Source of the DNA: Takakia lepidozioides
Lineage: Eukaryota; Plantae; Bryophyta
Direction of reading: 5' to 3'
NCBI GenBank assembly: GCA_030704615.1
Contig: CM060731.1
Coordinates: forward strand, 56,110,001 to 56,174,000
DNA: 64,000 bases
Position 1 is the first letter of the stretch; each line of letters begins with the position of its first letter. Both the position numbers and the translations under genes were made by a program. A model generated the notes under the pieces. The model had not been told where the DNA came from and searched no databases. It saw nothing but the letters and a program-made list of their open reading frames with translations. Positions 49,105 to 61,876 of the stretch are shown piece by piece.

Positions 49105-51140
49105 GAGGAACACAAAGAGCAGATTCTGCTGTGTATTAATGGTACCGCCATCTTCTTGGTAATGATCAATTTCTGGAGGATATGCTTATAGGGAGATCGG
49201 TGTGCCATACGATGGAGCAATCAGTTAAGAGGCGGTGCCATCACTGCTATGGTGAATGGGTAGCTTAGGGCTTGCTGGAGGATAATCGTGCAGGGAACAG
49301 CTTGGTAATTTGTGCTCAAGCTAGGTGAAGGAAGGCGATGCAGTAATCATTTCACAGCTTTGAAGAAAGGGAGTGTTGCAGGACGATTCATGAAGGGCAA
49401 GGGAAGTAATGTCATGTGCTACTGACAGAAGTAATGAAGGCATAGAGGCGGTGCCGCCTGTGATTCGATCTCTGAAGGTGTAGGAGTTGCGGGGGAAGCA
49501 GCCCGGTGGAGGGCAGCAGTGTTGCCGTTACTTTCATGACCAGGATGACAGGGAGGATGAGCTTCAAGGCAGCTTGTGTATCTTCTGTAACTACCAGCTG
49601 AATTGCATTCATGGAGATGCAGGCACTGGATTGGCAGACGCAAGTTATCTTTAAATAGAGAGGTAAGGGGTGTGAATGTACAAAGCAAGAAGTACTTAGA
49701 TGCTGAAGCTTTCATGTCATAGATAAGGTCTTATCTTAGGGTAGAATCGCACAGATGGTGGGATAGAGGAGCTAATCAACAAATGGCAGTAGTGCTGCCA
49801 GTAGATAGGGCAGTGTCGTTGGCATTTAATGGATTCTGAAGTTGTTGTGGAATTTTGGTAGAGACACTGTCAAACTAGAAAATTGAGAGAGACAAAAAAA
49901 GATTTTGGAAAATGGAATGGGGGCTCTGGACTTCAAACCAAGAGATTGTGGAGATGAATGAATCGGATGCATATGTCTGTGGGAGTGCTGATTGAGGGCA
50001 GATGTAGTTCACCCACAATGACAAAATGTTTGTTGTGTGTTTTGTTTTTGTTCCTTTCGCTTCAGTATTATGAATTTGCATACAATGCGGCTCTGGGATT
50101 TTGATGGTTAGATGTACATGCAATCCATTATAGTTGATGTGAGCACTAGTGAGGGTTAGCTACGATTTCTTTGTAAACAGAAAGAGGAAGGTGTGGATGG
50201 CTGGATGCAAGGAGTAGGGCACATTGAATCAGAATGCTTGCACACTGTAAGGCAATTAGATTTCAAGTTTAATTACTAAGGGAGGGATGGGTCTGCAAGC
50301 TAAACTGATGTTGAGGTTAGAACTGGTACAGAGTGGACTTAGCCTTTTGAACTTTGTAGGTTCAAAGCTAAAAGTGCAAAAGTGAGTTGTTGGGGGGTGT
50401 GTAGATGCAGATTTATAGAAGGGTTGGGAACTGACTAACAAACTGGGCTGTCTCTGGAGGCAAACAGTGGGGAGGGTTTGTTTTGGGTGAGAGAAAGACT
50501 GATGAAGGAGCCGATTATGCCTTGTGTGACCAAGGGTTGAATCCAAGACTGGATTCATTGGATACATGGCTGAATGTGTTTGCATTGCATGTAGATAGGC
50601 TGCTGGTTGGAAGAAAATGAACAAGGGATTAAAAGAGAGAGAAAAGGTTTGGGAAGGGAGAGAACTGCTCAGTAAAAGGGGTAATGATGGATGGTCAACT
50701 GGGAGATAGAGGAAAAACCATGACATTTGCAGAGAATCACTAGGCCTGTAATTCATGGCAGATCTGAGTTGTCTTCATTTTATCAGTGATCTCATTACAA
50801 AGGGGTTTCGACACGTATTGCTCAAGGGTGATGTCCACATAGGCTGCCATTAGCTCCGTCATAGGGCTGGTTGTATCACTGAAAACATCACAGCAGCACC
50901 ATTGGTGCGGCAATTGTATAAAAATTGCGCAAATCATGAACAAGAAGGATTCAATCCCCATCCATGTTTTCTCTTCCGCTGCGGCGTGGATGAGGATTTA
51001 TGAACTCTGATCATGAACAATAGGAGGGAAATCCATAACCGTGTGCTGTTGGTAGATTGCTAGGTTGTTCTTTTTACTGGAAGAAGTAAAGTTAGAATTA
51101 CACAGAAGGGGATTTATGCCCCTTCTTTTCACACTACACC

Positions 51141-51751
51141 TAGCCTTTGACACTTATCACAACTCTTGCAAAACTTGTGTACATCCTTGAATAAAGTAGG
51201 CCACCAGTAACCTGCAAGTAGCATTTTCCTACTGGTAGTCTCTTCTCCAAAATGACCTCCAGCCACTCCTTTATGAACTTCTTCCAAAACTTTATTTACC
51301 TCATGGTGGTACAAACATCGTTTAAGAACTCCATCAGGTCCTAGCTTATACAATCTTCCACCTATCATAGTGTATGGTAATGCCTTGATAGCTATTCTTT
51401 TCCTCTGCTCCTTCCTATAACTGGGTGGGCACTGACCATGAGTAAGGTACTATTTGATTGGCCACTACCAATCTAACCAATCTGCTCCCTGCACTTCCAC
51501 TGCAAATAAACTCGCATCAAGCAGTTGATCGTCTACTCATGTGGCGGGTTCTCCTGTTGAAAGGCGTGACAAGTGATCTGCCACAAGATGCAAACGTCCA
51601 GGCTTGTAAACAACTTCGAATTCAAACTCGTGCAAGATAATCAACCATCTTGCTATCCTGCCACTTATCAAAGGCTTGTTCACCGGATAAATCAAAGCCT
51701 GATGATCCACATAAAACATAAACTTCATTCCAAGTAGATAATGCCTGAATT
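51141..51751 (-). mobile_element. pol: Gypsy pol fragment (RNase H end to integrase HHCC finger), probably continuing Gypsy-1; cut by MULE copy 3
   Basis: YVDHQAL...RIARWLIILHEFEF...VADHLSR; VHKGVAGGHFG...YWWPTLFKDV...CDKCQRLG. Confidence 0.88.
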
Positions 51752-52214
51752 GGGGGCTGCTATTTCATGAGCCATGAGCCATGAGCGGCATGAGCCATGA
51801 GCAGAGTCGTAAGTGTGGAAAAAAACATGAGCAGCACTATTTTCCGGAAATGAGTGTCCGCGGGAATAGGGTTTAGGGTGCCACGGTCATAGGGGGAGAA
51901 GGACCTCCCGATGAAGGAGGTTCGGCAATGTTATTTAGAATTATATATTGAAAGGCAATGTTTCGCGAATGGTAGGGTGGTACTGCTCTGTACAATGGGG
52001 GCCCATTTCAGCTTACCAGCCATTTGCAAAATCCACCCACACTCCCAATCCCAAACGAAATGAGCAATGACGCATTCGCGGAACGATGGACACAGAATAT
52101 AATAAAAAGAGGGCACAATGAGGTTTTTATTGATCCACATGAATTGCATTTGAAGCACGTCTACTGTGCTGATTGTGCCATCAAATCTTGAGCCCTGTGC
52201 CTACTGAATACAAG

Positions 52215-52889
52215 TCACGTTGTCAATGGGACTTCGACTGCTCTCAGAACTAGCTCATGAGTCATGGGGCTCCTCCATGTAAAGTCGATTGCAGCCGTTG
52301 TACCGCCCCTAGTGATGTTCACCACAATGTCCTGCCCTTCAATCATACCACCATCGAATATGGAAATCTTCACGTTTTCGTCCTCCACACCAATGCGAAT
52401 GTCCCCATACAATGGAGAAGAGGAGCGCACTCCTCGAGGAGAATAGGTCTCTCCGATGGAGTCCACCCACGTCCAGTGGCAGCAGTTCCACCGCAACAGC
52501 ATAGCAGTGCGCCTTCTTCTGCATGGGTGACCGTCGTAGCTGGGAAAATCGGAATCGAGGATGCGCAGGAGCCACGGACTCCTCAGACCAAGATCGTCAC
52601 CCCGCTTGAAGGCGTAGTGGCCTACGATATACTCAAAAGCCACCAATGTTTCCACAATCGAACCAGTATCTTCTCTGTAATCTGTGTACCAGATAACAAT
52701 GTCTCCCGATGTGGCCGAATACATTGCATAATCGATGCCTCCAAAGGGGCAGTCGTCCCGGTTCCGGAAGCACGGCATCCTTGCAAAGGAGGACCTGAGG
52801 ACGACTTGGATGCCGATTACCTTGCGGACAGCTACGAAGCCCTTAGATTTTGGAAAAGATACGAAGCGGAAGAGCAGTCCGGCCTCCAA
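52215..52889 (-). CDS. Hypothetical 224-aa ORF in the MULE copy 3 arm (absent from copies 1 and 2)
   Basis: Open ORF of globular composition with no recognised motif. An antisense 244-aa ORF overlaps it. Confidence 0.3.
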   Translation of the reverse strand: MEAGLLFRFVSFPKSKGFVAVRKVIGIQVVLRSSFARMPCFRNRDDCPFGGIDYAMYSATSGDIVIWYTDYREDTGSIVETLVAFEYIVGHYAFKRGDDLGLRSPWLLRILDSDFPSYDGHPCRRRRTAMLLRWNCCHWTWVDSIGETYSPRGVRSSSPLYGDIRIGVEDENVKISIFDGGMIEGQDIVVNITRGGTTAAIDFTWRSPMTHELVLRAVEVPLTT

Positions 52890-53389
52890 AATGGAGCATC
52901 TGGGTCACACGTACCCACCGACGGAGGTGGAACGTGTTCATCACGGCAGCGGTGGATGAAGCCATACATCTTTCTCATCAACAAGTTATAGTTTGAGATC
53001 TGCCACCGAAGTCCATCCCCCCGGATGGAAATTCGGCGCCGCATTTACATCGAAGAGGGGATGGACTTCGTCGTGTCCAGTGGCTATCGGCCCACCTGGC
53101 AGTGAGTGCCCATAGTTTGCATGGCAGGGTAGGAAACTGAAACGGCTACATTCATGCAGCAGCCAATCTTCATCGGTCCAGGATCCTGTACGGGGGAAAT
53201 TTAAATGTGCCCTGGAGTGTGCCCTGGAATGTACCTCACTTCTGTATGACTGTGTTTCATTGTGTTGAATAACTCTCGGATTTGGCCCACTGTTTACAAT
53301 TTGATGTCTCATTTCTACAATTTGTCTGTCCGGTTGAATAAAGCAGAGTAACCGGTATGTGAGTCATGTGTCAAGAATATACCAGAGTA

Positions 53390-53650
53390 ACGCCATGTCG
53401 GACATTGAAATGCGGCACCGCATTTCCATGTCGGCATCGAAATGTGGCGCCGCATTTCCATGTCGGCTTGGAAATGCGGCGCCGCATTTCCATGTCCGCA
53501 TCGAAATGCGGTGCCGCATTTCCATGTCCGCATCGAAATGCGGTGCCGCATTTCCATGTCCGCATCGAAATGCGGCACAGCATTTCCATGTCGGACATCG
53601 AAATGCGGCACCGCATTTCCATGTGGGACAAGAAAATGCGGTGCATCATT
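53390..53650. repeat. 32-bp tandem repeat (~8 units) built on GAAATGCGGYRCCGCATTTCC; dispersed copies continue to ~54250
   Basis: CATTTCCATG at 53421, 53453, 53485, 53517, 53549, 53581. Confidence 0.93.
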
Positions 53651-54437
53651 TCCGTCCAGGTACACGAAATACCAACACGGGTCTATAAATTGATCAGAAA
53701 ACGAGGTTGGCATTGCAAATGCGGCGACGCATTTCCAGCGTGGCAATGGAAACTTCTTTTTGGACAAGGGAATGCGGTGCCGCATTTCCGTCCAACACTT
53801 CGAAAAGTGCACCTATTTCCGACCAGCGCGATGGAATGCGTTACCGCATTTCCGAGAGAGGGTCTGCAAATGGACAAATTGCGATGTCCGTTCTGGAAAT
53901 GCGGCGCCGCATTTCCATGTCCGTCATCGACTTTTTTTTTACAATGGAATGCGGTGCCAATTTTTGCTGATGGGCCTGCAGTTCGAACAACGACCATCCC
54001 CAATATGGAAATGCGGCACCGCATTTTCAATCCCGCCATGTCGGCCTCCTTGTTCGACCTCCTTGTTCGACCTCTGTAAGCGTGGTGGCATCCATGCAAT
54101 GAGCGGGAGAGGCCAAAACTGGCGTGTGGACAAAGGAAATTTTGGAAATGCGGCACCGCATTCCCAGTTCAGATTACTTTTTACTATGCCAACATTGAAA
54201 TGGAAAAATTAGTCCCTCCCCTATTTTGGAAATGCGGTGCCGCATTTCCAAAAGAGGTTCTTAGAGTTGCCAAAATTTTGGAAATGCCCTGACCCATTTC
54301 TGATTTTGGGAGCGTCCTGGTTTGGGCGATTGTGTGGCTGGAATGCACACTGGAGAGGGGTCACGAATGTCGGGCAGAATTTTCTTTATATACTGTGGAA
54401 GAGAATTTACATTTACAGAGACTTCATTAAAATTCTA

Positions 54438-57400
54438 TTAATCTTGAAAATCATCGGAATCCTCATCCTGTTCTAGACTGTCCTGCTCCTCCTCCACCCC
54501 CTCAGTGCCTCTCTCATCTCCAGCGGACTGCTCGTTGGCCAGGCTTTCGAAAATCCCATCTTCCCCTTGCGGAACTGTCCATCTCACCTCCGTTGGGTCG
54601 TCTTCCTCCCTGTCTGCGTCGCTCTCATCCGCTGAATCACATATGTACTTTCGTACCCGTCTACCTGTCTGAGCTGCTGCCAACTCTTTCCTTATCCTTC
54701 TGTCCTCCCTAGCCCTCTCCAAAATCTGCTCTACTTTACTGGGATTCTCACTTCTTCTAATCGCTGTATTTGCGAGTTTAGCTGCATAACTAGGAAGGGA
54801 GTAGTCCCTCACCGGGCTCGTCATGAAGTCGGCCCTCGCAAAGAAAACGGGACATTCTTCCTGCAGGAAGTGTAGGCCCTACATGTTTCGACCCGGACCC
54901 TGCAATCCTGCACATGACAATCATCAACGAGACTAATGAGAACCACAGTCGGGAAATTCCTTTGACATAAATGACCCAGAAGGCTTTGCAAACTTACAAT
55001 GTTTGCACTCACTCGTATTCCGGGTTCTCCTCTGCATCAATGTCCACTGTGTCTTCCTCGGACTCCGACGAATCCGAGGAGACTTCCGCTCTGTCGGGAG
55101 CCTTCACATTCCGTTGCAGCCCTTCCAGATGGGATCCCCACACGGATGAATCCTCCTCGTAGGCAAAGAGGTGCCGGTCGGAAAACCGCCCAGCCCACAT
55201 TGAGGCACCTGTTACAATGCCATCCACACATTACCACATGGCGCTTCAGATGTTGCGAACTACATCCTAACGAGAATTTGCAGAACAGCAGAGATCAAGA
55301 TTCTGCATACCTGTCCCACAGATGAGGTCGAGCACTGTGCCCTCCACGTCTGTGCATGTCTCCATAATTGTCTGAATGAAGGCAGGGCTCCGAGTCCGTG
55401 AGTACCGCAGGGGTTCCGTTGAAGTGAGGCTATGAGGGAGAAGTTCCTTGGGAACGTTGTTGAACAGAACGTCGTAATCGAGTGGGTCGCAGTTCGGGTC
55501 AACCTTTCCTCCCTCCTTCCGGAAAGCAAAGGTGGAGTTTTCCTTCACAAAGCAGTATGCATCGAACTGCTTCGTCTGCATACACAGGGGGAAAACGATT
55601 AGAAACCGAATGCGGCACCGCATTTGAAAGCACCCAAGCAAATGAATGGACGAGTGCCAGTGTCGTAATCACCTTCTTCCCTTCCGACCGAAGGCCCAGT
55701 GTGTTGATGCACGTCCACTTCTTTTTCAGAATCGGGACGGCGCTCTTGCGGGTCCACTTCGCAATTCCTGTCTGAGTGTTTTTTCCTCTGCTCGCCAGGA
55801 CAACCACACAGCCTCTGTCGTCCAACACCATGCGGGCAAGCCCGAATCCTTTCTTCCAAAAGTCCTCCGAGTACCTGTTCCAAGATGGCAAAGCTTGCAG
55901 TCCTTCCACAGGCTCTCCGTCCGGAATATCCAAGATGATCATATCGCAAGACCACTCGGTGGCATTTCCGCCCCTCCTACAATCCTTGTCTGCACACACC
56001 CTCTCAAAGAACGAGACCATATTCTGAAATCCTGGGGTGTCGGAAGGCTCTTCGGCAGTCGCCTTCTTCAGTGCTCTGCCCTTCAGACCCATGGTCTTCA
56101 TGTATGCCAACTTGGCTGCCCGTCCATCCAAAGCCGCCAAGAAACTCTCATTTACACACTGGACTACTGTTTCGGGAGCCACTTTCGGCCTCTTCATTTC
56201 CACCGGCTCGAAAGGGTGCCCCCCTGGGGGGTTGAAGAGTGCCTTCTTTGCCGAGCCAGTTCTCGTGCCTCTCGTGACAACGGTGGGCACAGGGGAGGCA
56301 GCCTGCGTTTGGGGGGTGGGCTGGTTGCAAAGTCTCCATCGGAGTCCTCTTCCTCACCCTCTTCCTGAACAGGCTGTTTCTGCTTCTTCGTTTTGGCGGG
56401 TGTCACAACAGCTGCTCCTTGCTGGCGAGTCCTCTTCTTCGACCCCTTCTGTTGGGCCTGCACAGCTGCATCCACCGTCTTTTGTGCCATCTCAGCTGCC
56501 TTTCTGGATTCTTCCAGAGCAGCAGATTCCTTTGCCGACTTTGGCCCAGCAGGGACACGTCTTTCCTTTCTCTTCTCTTCTGCCAAGGCGTGCAGATCTT
56601 TCTCAGACTCGTCAACAATACCGCCAGACATGTCCAGGTACCACGGGCATCCAACGAGATGCGCGGGATGCCATTGTTTCTGCATCTCGGGTGTGTAGAC
56701 ACAGCTTGGGCCCGCCACGGTCCAAGCCATGAAGAACGGGGGCTCTTGAGCCAGGGCCCCCTGTCTGAAGGAGCACGTATTTCATATACCTGCAAGGCAG
56801 TCAGCATGCGTGAGCAAAAGTTGAGACCAACCTACTGGCAGAGTGCCACCGAAAACATAAAATGCGAATGCGGTGCCGCATTTCCGAGACAAACCTCGTA
56901 ACCACGCTTCGCATACAAGGGCAGCTGTGCTTCACCTGTAAACAATTCGCATTGCAGCTTTCCCCGCTCCCTCCTGATGTGTAAACTCCACGCTCCTTCT
57001 TGCTGTCTGTAGCTCTCTGGCGAAAAGGTTGTCCTTGTACGCACATCTGAAACGTGTCACGTAGTCTTCCAATGTCTGTGTTCCATCCCATTTGACGTAC
57101 AAGCCGAACGAATTTGTGTGCATTACGACTTGCTCCTTCGCATTCGACATTACCTGCCATTCCCAAATGCATTGTCACGTAGCAGTTCAGGGAATTTCAT
57201 GTCAGAAAAGCAAATCTGGGGAAGTACCTTGAATTACCTGGAACCACCAAGCATACGGTTGAGCCACACATCCACTGCAGGGTCGGAAACTTCGAGTGGA
57301 AAAGACCACATTGTCCTTTATGCTCTCGGATGCATTCCAGATCGACAGCCACCGTGTCTGCCATTTCCGATCCAATGTCAGTGGCTGGAAGAGAGTGGCT

Positions 57401-58255
57401 ATTGCTAGGAAGGAAATTCAGTGCATTGAAAACCTCACCTTCTCTTTCGCCTCCACACATGCCGTTGAGAGGTGATGCAGTTTCTCCAATTGCATGGTCG
57501 GCTGCATGGCCCGAGAATAGTGTTTTGCAATCTCGGGGATGAAGTCCTTTCCAAGTGCCGGATCTGCAATTGCCACCAGCTTCACAAGCTTTGACTTGTA
57601 TTTGGTTCTGGACTTGACACCGGCTTCCTTCAAGTGCTCAGTCAATGACTGCAACGTTTTCACCTGCCCCCTCACTTTCCATGAAGAAGCGTTTGGCATG
57701 GGCCAAATCCAGCTTGATGTTTGACTGCCAACAAAAACATGCAGAAGCGTTACATTCGATTCATGTGGAAAACATTACTGGAAATTGGGGAAGGATGAGC
57801 AGAGGAATTGGAGCACGACTTACTTCGTATATCACCTCCACCATTCCATCCATAGTGAGACGATACCATGTCCCGGTCTGTTTTTGCAACGGCTTTCTGA
57901 ATGAGCTCAGGCTCCAGCATTTCCGCAAAACATCTGCGGATCAGTAAGACCAGTTTTCCTCACCCTGTACAGCATATGTGCCATGTGGGTATGCACGTAC
58001 GCATTCCTCAGTGACCCTGCAAGGCACACTCTCCAGTTCAGTACACGGAAGCACGGAATCAAACCAGAATGGAAACCGAAATGCGGCACCGCATTTCGAA
58101 TGTGCTAGGGAGGTATGAGTATCTTACGAGTTCAGGTCCGCCATGGCATTCTTGAGCAGGGAGGAGTTTGCCGCCTTCACCTTGAGGATGACACACTCTC
58201 CACCATGTAATGCCAGCCAATGTGCTTGGCATGGTTCTGCTTGATGTACTCCCAA
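54438..58255 (-). pseudogene. Diverged homolog of the ParB-MTase cargo gene (from the end of the ParB-like domain to the stop)
   Basis: CDMIILDIPDG, YSRTRSPAFIQTIMETCTDVEGTVLDLICGTG|ASMWAG...RHLFAYE, VAIADPALG, EVRWTVPQGEDGIFE; same intron positions; a few frameshifts. Confidence 0.82.
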
Positions 58256-58755
58256 NNNNNNNNNNNNNNNNNNNNNNNNNNNNNNNNNNNNNNNNNNNNN
58301 NNNNNNNNNNNNNNNNNNNNNNNNNNNNNNNNNNNNNNNNNNNNNNNNNNNNNNNNNNNNNNNNNNNNNNNNNNNNNNNNNNNNNNNNNNNNNNNNNNNN
58401 NNNNNNNNNNNNNNNNNNNNNNNNNNNNNNNNNNNNNNNNNNNNNNNNNNNNNNNNNNNNNNNNNNNNNNNNNNNNNNNNNNNNNNNNNNNNNNNNNNNN
58501 NNNNNNNNNNNNNNNNNNNNNNNNNNNNNNNNNNNNNNNNNNNNNNNNNNNNNNNNNNNNNNNNNNNNNNNNNNNNNNNNNNNNNNNNNNNNNNNNNNNN
58601 NNNNNNNNNNNNNNNNNNNNNNNNNNNNNNNNNNNNNNNNNNNNNNNNNNNNNNNNNNNNNNNNNNNNNNNNNNNNNNNNNNNNNNNNNNNNNNNNNNNN
58701 NNNNNNNNNNNNNNNNNNNNNNNNNNNNNNNNNNNNNNNNNNNNNNNNNNNNNNN
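58256..58755. other. Assembly gap (500 N)
   Basis: Run of N. Confidence 1.
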
Positions 58756-59520
58756 GGAGGAGGGGTGCACCGGCTCGGTCTCATGATTTTTGGACATACG
58801 GGTGGGAGATGTCGAAATTTCAAGTGCTTTGGGTTGCTGTAAATTCGGTGAAAATAGCAAAGTGGGCTTTCCTGGAGCAATGATTGGCCCTTCATGTGGG
58901 AGATTTGGAATTTCAAGTACTTTTGGTTGTTGAAAATTCACAAAAAATAGCAAAGTGGATATATCAATATATGAAGCCTCGATAGGGGAGATTGCAAAAA
59001 TAGCAAAGTGAGCTTTGTTGGAACTATGGAATTTCAGTTTTGGTCGCTGGAAATTTGTGAAAAATAGCAAAGTGGGCTTTGCTGGGATAATGATTGGATA
59101 TATTGCTACTCAATAAATTCACGGAAAACAATAAACTGATTTTTTCTGTCGAATTTCAAGTACTTTTGGTCGCTGGAAATTCGTGAAAAATAGCAAAGTG
59201 GGCTTTTCTGGGCCAACGGCATAGGCTACCCCAGTCAATATATGAAGCGAGACGTTTGTTTTGTTTTGTTTTGTCACGTCGAGATGTCCCAAACCGCGGG
59301 GCCCAAGCCCTGGTGCTTGGTGCGGTTGGAAAGCCCTTGATGAGGAGGGGTGCACGGGCTTGGTTTCAGAATTTTTGGACCTGCAGTGTGGGAGATGTGG
59401 AACTTCAAGTACTTTTGGTCGTTGGAAATTCCCGGAAAATAGCAAAGTGGGCTTTCTTGGGACATTGATTTGGAGCCTCGACAGGAGAGACATGGGGTAT
59501 CAAGCGAGGAGGGAGGGCAG
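58756..59520. repeat. Dispersed repeat related to 4851-5830, with tandem GGAAATTC...AAAATAGCAAAGTGGGC units
   Basis: Shared blocks with ~5280-5500 and ~5670-5700. Confidence 0.7.
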
Positions 59521-59579
59521 GTGCAGGCCTTAAATGCGGGCCACATAGGGCATGGGCCTACAGCAGGCCTTTAAGGTGT

Positions 59580-60810
59580 TTTCACTTGCGTCTGATCGAG
59601 AGAACCGGTATATATAACCGCCAATTATCATTCAAGAAATAACCGGATTTATTCAAGGGGTGAAAAAAATCTGTTATTGATAACCGACAGGTTATTAGAA
59701 TTTATAAAATTTCAAATAACCGTAACCGCATGTTATTAGAAAACAAATTAAGTATATAACCGGAACCGCAGGTTATCAATTTTTGTAAAGAACCGCCCAA
59801 CCCTGGTACATACATATAACCGCCATTTTTATTTCCCTTAACCCTTATCCGGTTCTCTGTCCAGTTATTTATTATCTTATAACCTGCGGTTATCGATGTA
59901 GTTATTAGAAACCACATAACCACAGGTTATCAATATCATATTTTTTCAAAAATTTGCCGGTTCCGTTTATCAATATAGTGATAACCGGGTTGATAACCTG
60001 GTTTTAATCAGTGTTGGTCTGGTATCTTGAATTGGAAATACCAGAAGGTGGTATGAAGTGCTGAATTTTTTTAAGGCAGGTAGGTTTTCCAATAATGTAG
60101 CCCCTGCTTTTTTCAAGTATGAATCTGGTATGCATAGAGTGGTTTAAAAAAAAAAACAATCTGGATATGAGCAATGGTATTTGAATGTCAATAACCTAGA
60201 AACATGAACTCGGATATGGTATTAAGAAAATAATAAAATAAAAATGGTACTAGTATTCAAATTCAAATTCAATATTGAAATGGCCATTTGAACCGTTCAA
60301 ATGGCCATTTCAATATTGGGCCATCTGAACTATTCAAATGGCCATTTGAATATTCAAGAATACCAACCCCCACACAATTATACACTGAATCAGAATTGCT
60401 GCATCCATAGTGTCACGCAAATGAAGATCAAAGTGTCATTGTCATAATCAAATAGCTAGTATATGCCCCTAGCCCTAAATCTCTTCTCTACATTACAAAG
60501 TACCCTAGTGCATATTAACATGATACCCGAACATACCTGCAGCGACGAGTCGAGCTCTGGTAGGGGGTGGGGAAATGAGAACCCTAACTACCGCCTGTTA
60601 GGGTTTGGGGGGGCCGCCATAGAACTCGAGAACCTTCTGGTAGGGTACTACAAATGTTTACGGGAACATAGAACAGTAGGTTAGGTTAGGAGAGACCCGG
60701 GTTGATACCCGGCGAAACCCAGATACCAGACCAACACTGGTTTTCCATGAAATCCAAATAACTGCCCAACACTGGTTTTCCTGAAATCCTAATAACCGCC
60801 CAACACTTAT
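59580..60810. mobile_element. TAACCG-rich MITE-like element interrupted by an insert at 60009-60739
   Basis: Dense ATAACCG/CGGTTAT motifs; ends AATAACCGCCCAACACT. Confidence 0.5.
60009..60739. mobile_element. hAT-like non-autonomous element, TIR CAGTGTTGGTCTGGTATC
   Basis: 18-bp perfect TIR; candidate TSD only partly matches (GTTTTAAT / GTTTTCCA). Confidence 0.65.
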
Positions 60811-60916
60811 ATAGACTCTATAACAATTAGGCAATTATATCAAATAACAAGTTGAAATTTCATAACGTAACAATTAGAATTCAGATGCAAGATAAGATTT
60901 AGAGAGAGGGCAGAAA

Positions 60917-61239
60917 ATATTTCAATATTCAAATGGGTCATTTGAACTTCTCAAATGGCCATTTCAATATTGAATTTGAATTTTGAATACTAGTACCATT
61001 TTTATATTATTATTATTTTATTGAAACCATATCCGAGTTCATATTTCCATATTATTGACATTCAGATACCATTGTTCATATCCGGATTGATTTTTAAAAA
61101 AAAAACCACCTATGCATACCAGATTCGTACTTGAAATTCAGGGGCTGCATTATTGAAAAACCTACCCGCCTTAAAAAAAATAGCACTGCATACCAGGACC
61201 CTTCTGGTATTTCCAATTCAAGAGACCAAACCAACATTG
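60917..61239. repeat. Partial inverted copy of 60009-60360
   Basis: Reverse-complement similarity over ~320-350 bp. Confidence 0.8.
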
Positions 61240-61589
61240 GTGTTGTGAGTGTGTCACCAACTTTAGGGGCTGTTATTCATGGAGGTGATTTGTTAGTGGC
61301 CAGAATGGATAACTCCTTATCTCATCCAACTAGTTTAGAGGTGTATATTGAATGTAACAATTACAAAGGTGTTTTAACAAAGAGGAGAGTAGGTATTCAA
61401 TAACAAATAACAAGTAACACTCTTTTTGTCATTCTTAGCATATATTTTTTACAGAGTAAGAAAATCATAACATTTATGATGATATAAGAAAAAAACAGGT
61501 AACATTTATCCAGGGTCGACTGTATTTCAATATTTATATTCTTCTATGTATTATTCAATTCATTGAGTAGTGTTGAGCTTCATTGCAAT

Positions 61590-61876
61590 CAGTGTTTTTC
61601 TTTCTGGCAAAAAATCGCCCAATTTCGACCTGGAAACTTGGTCAGCTGCTTGTACAAAAGAATTATGGGGGGTAAAATCCGAGATTTTCGCCAAAAAGCA
61701 ACAGGAGATAAATTTCAGGAGCCTAATCTTGCCGACATGGACCAATGATTACATGACACCTGGAATATAGCCATTTTTCAAGCTTTGTCACCTCGATATT
61801 CTCGCCACATGGGCACTGGGTGAAATTCACAGGTGGCCCCCCCAGCGATTTTGGAAATATGAAAAAAAAAACACTG
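61590..61876. mobile_element. hAT MITE
   Basis: TIR CAGTGTTTTT / AAAAACACTG; perfect 8-bp TSD ATTGCAAT (61582-61589 / 61877-61884). Confidence 0.92.

Larger units (their letters stand above)
51752..58255 (-). mobile_element. MULE copy 3, diverged subfamily, opposite orientation, runs into assembly gap
   Basis: TIR GGGGGCTGCTATTTCATGAGC at 51752 with CATGAGC repeats. Homologous cargo gene on the minus strand. Predicted TSD GCCTGAATT (51743-51751). Confidence 0.9.

Noticed and set aside
51132-51140. CACTACACC identical to the CACTA left end
   Set aside because: Only 9 bp, runs directly into integrase codons, and has no subterminal repeats or partner end.
53390-53650. Palindromic ~32-bp repeats resembling a CRISPR array
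   Set aside because: Units are contiguous with no unique spacers, there are no cas genes, and the context is a eukaryotic TE.
58059-59070. Long ORFs across the N run
   Set aside because: Artefacts of the assembly gap.
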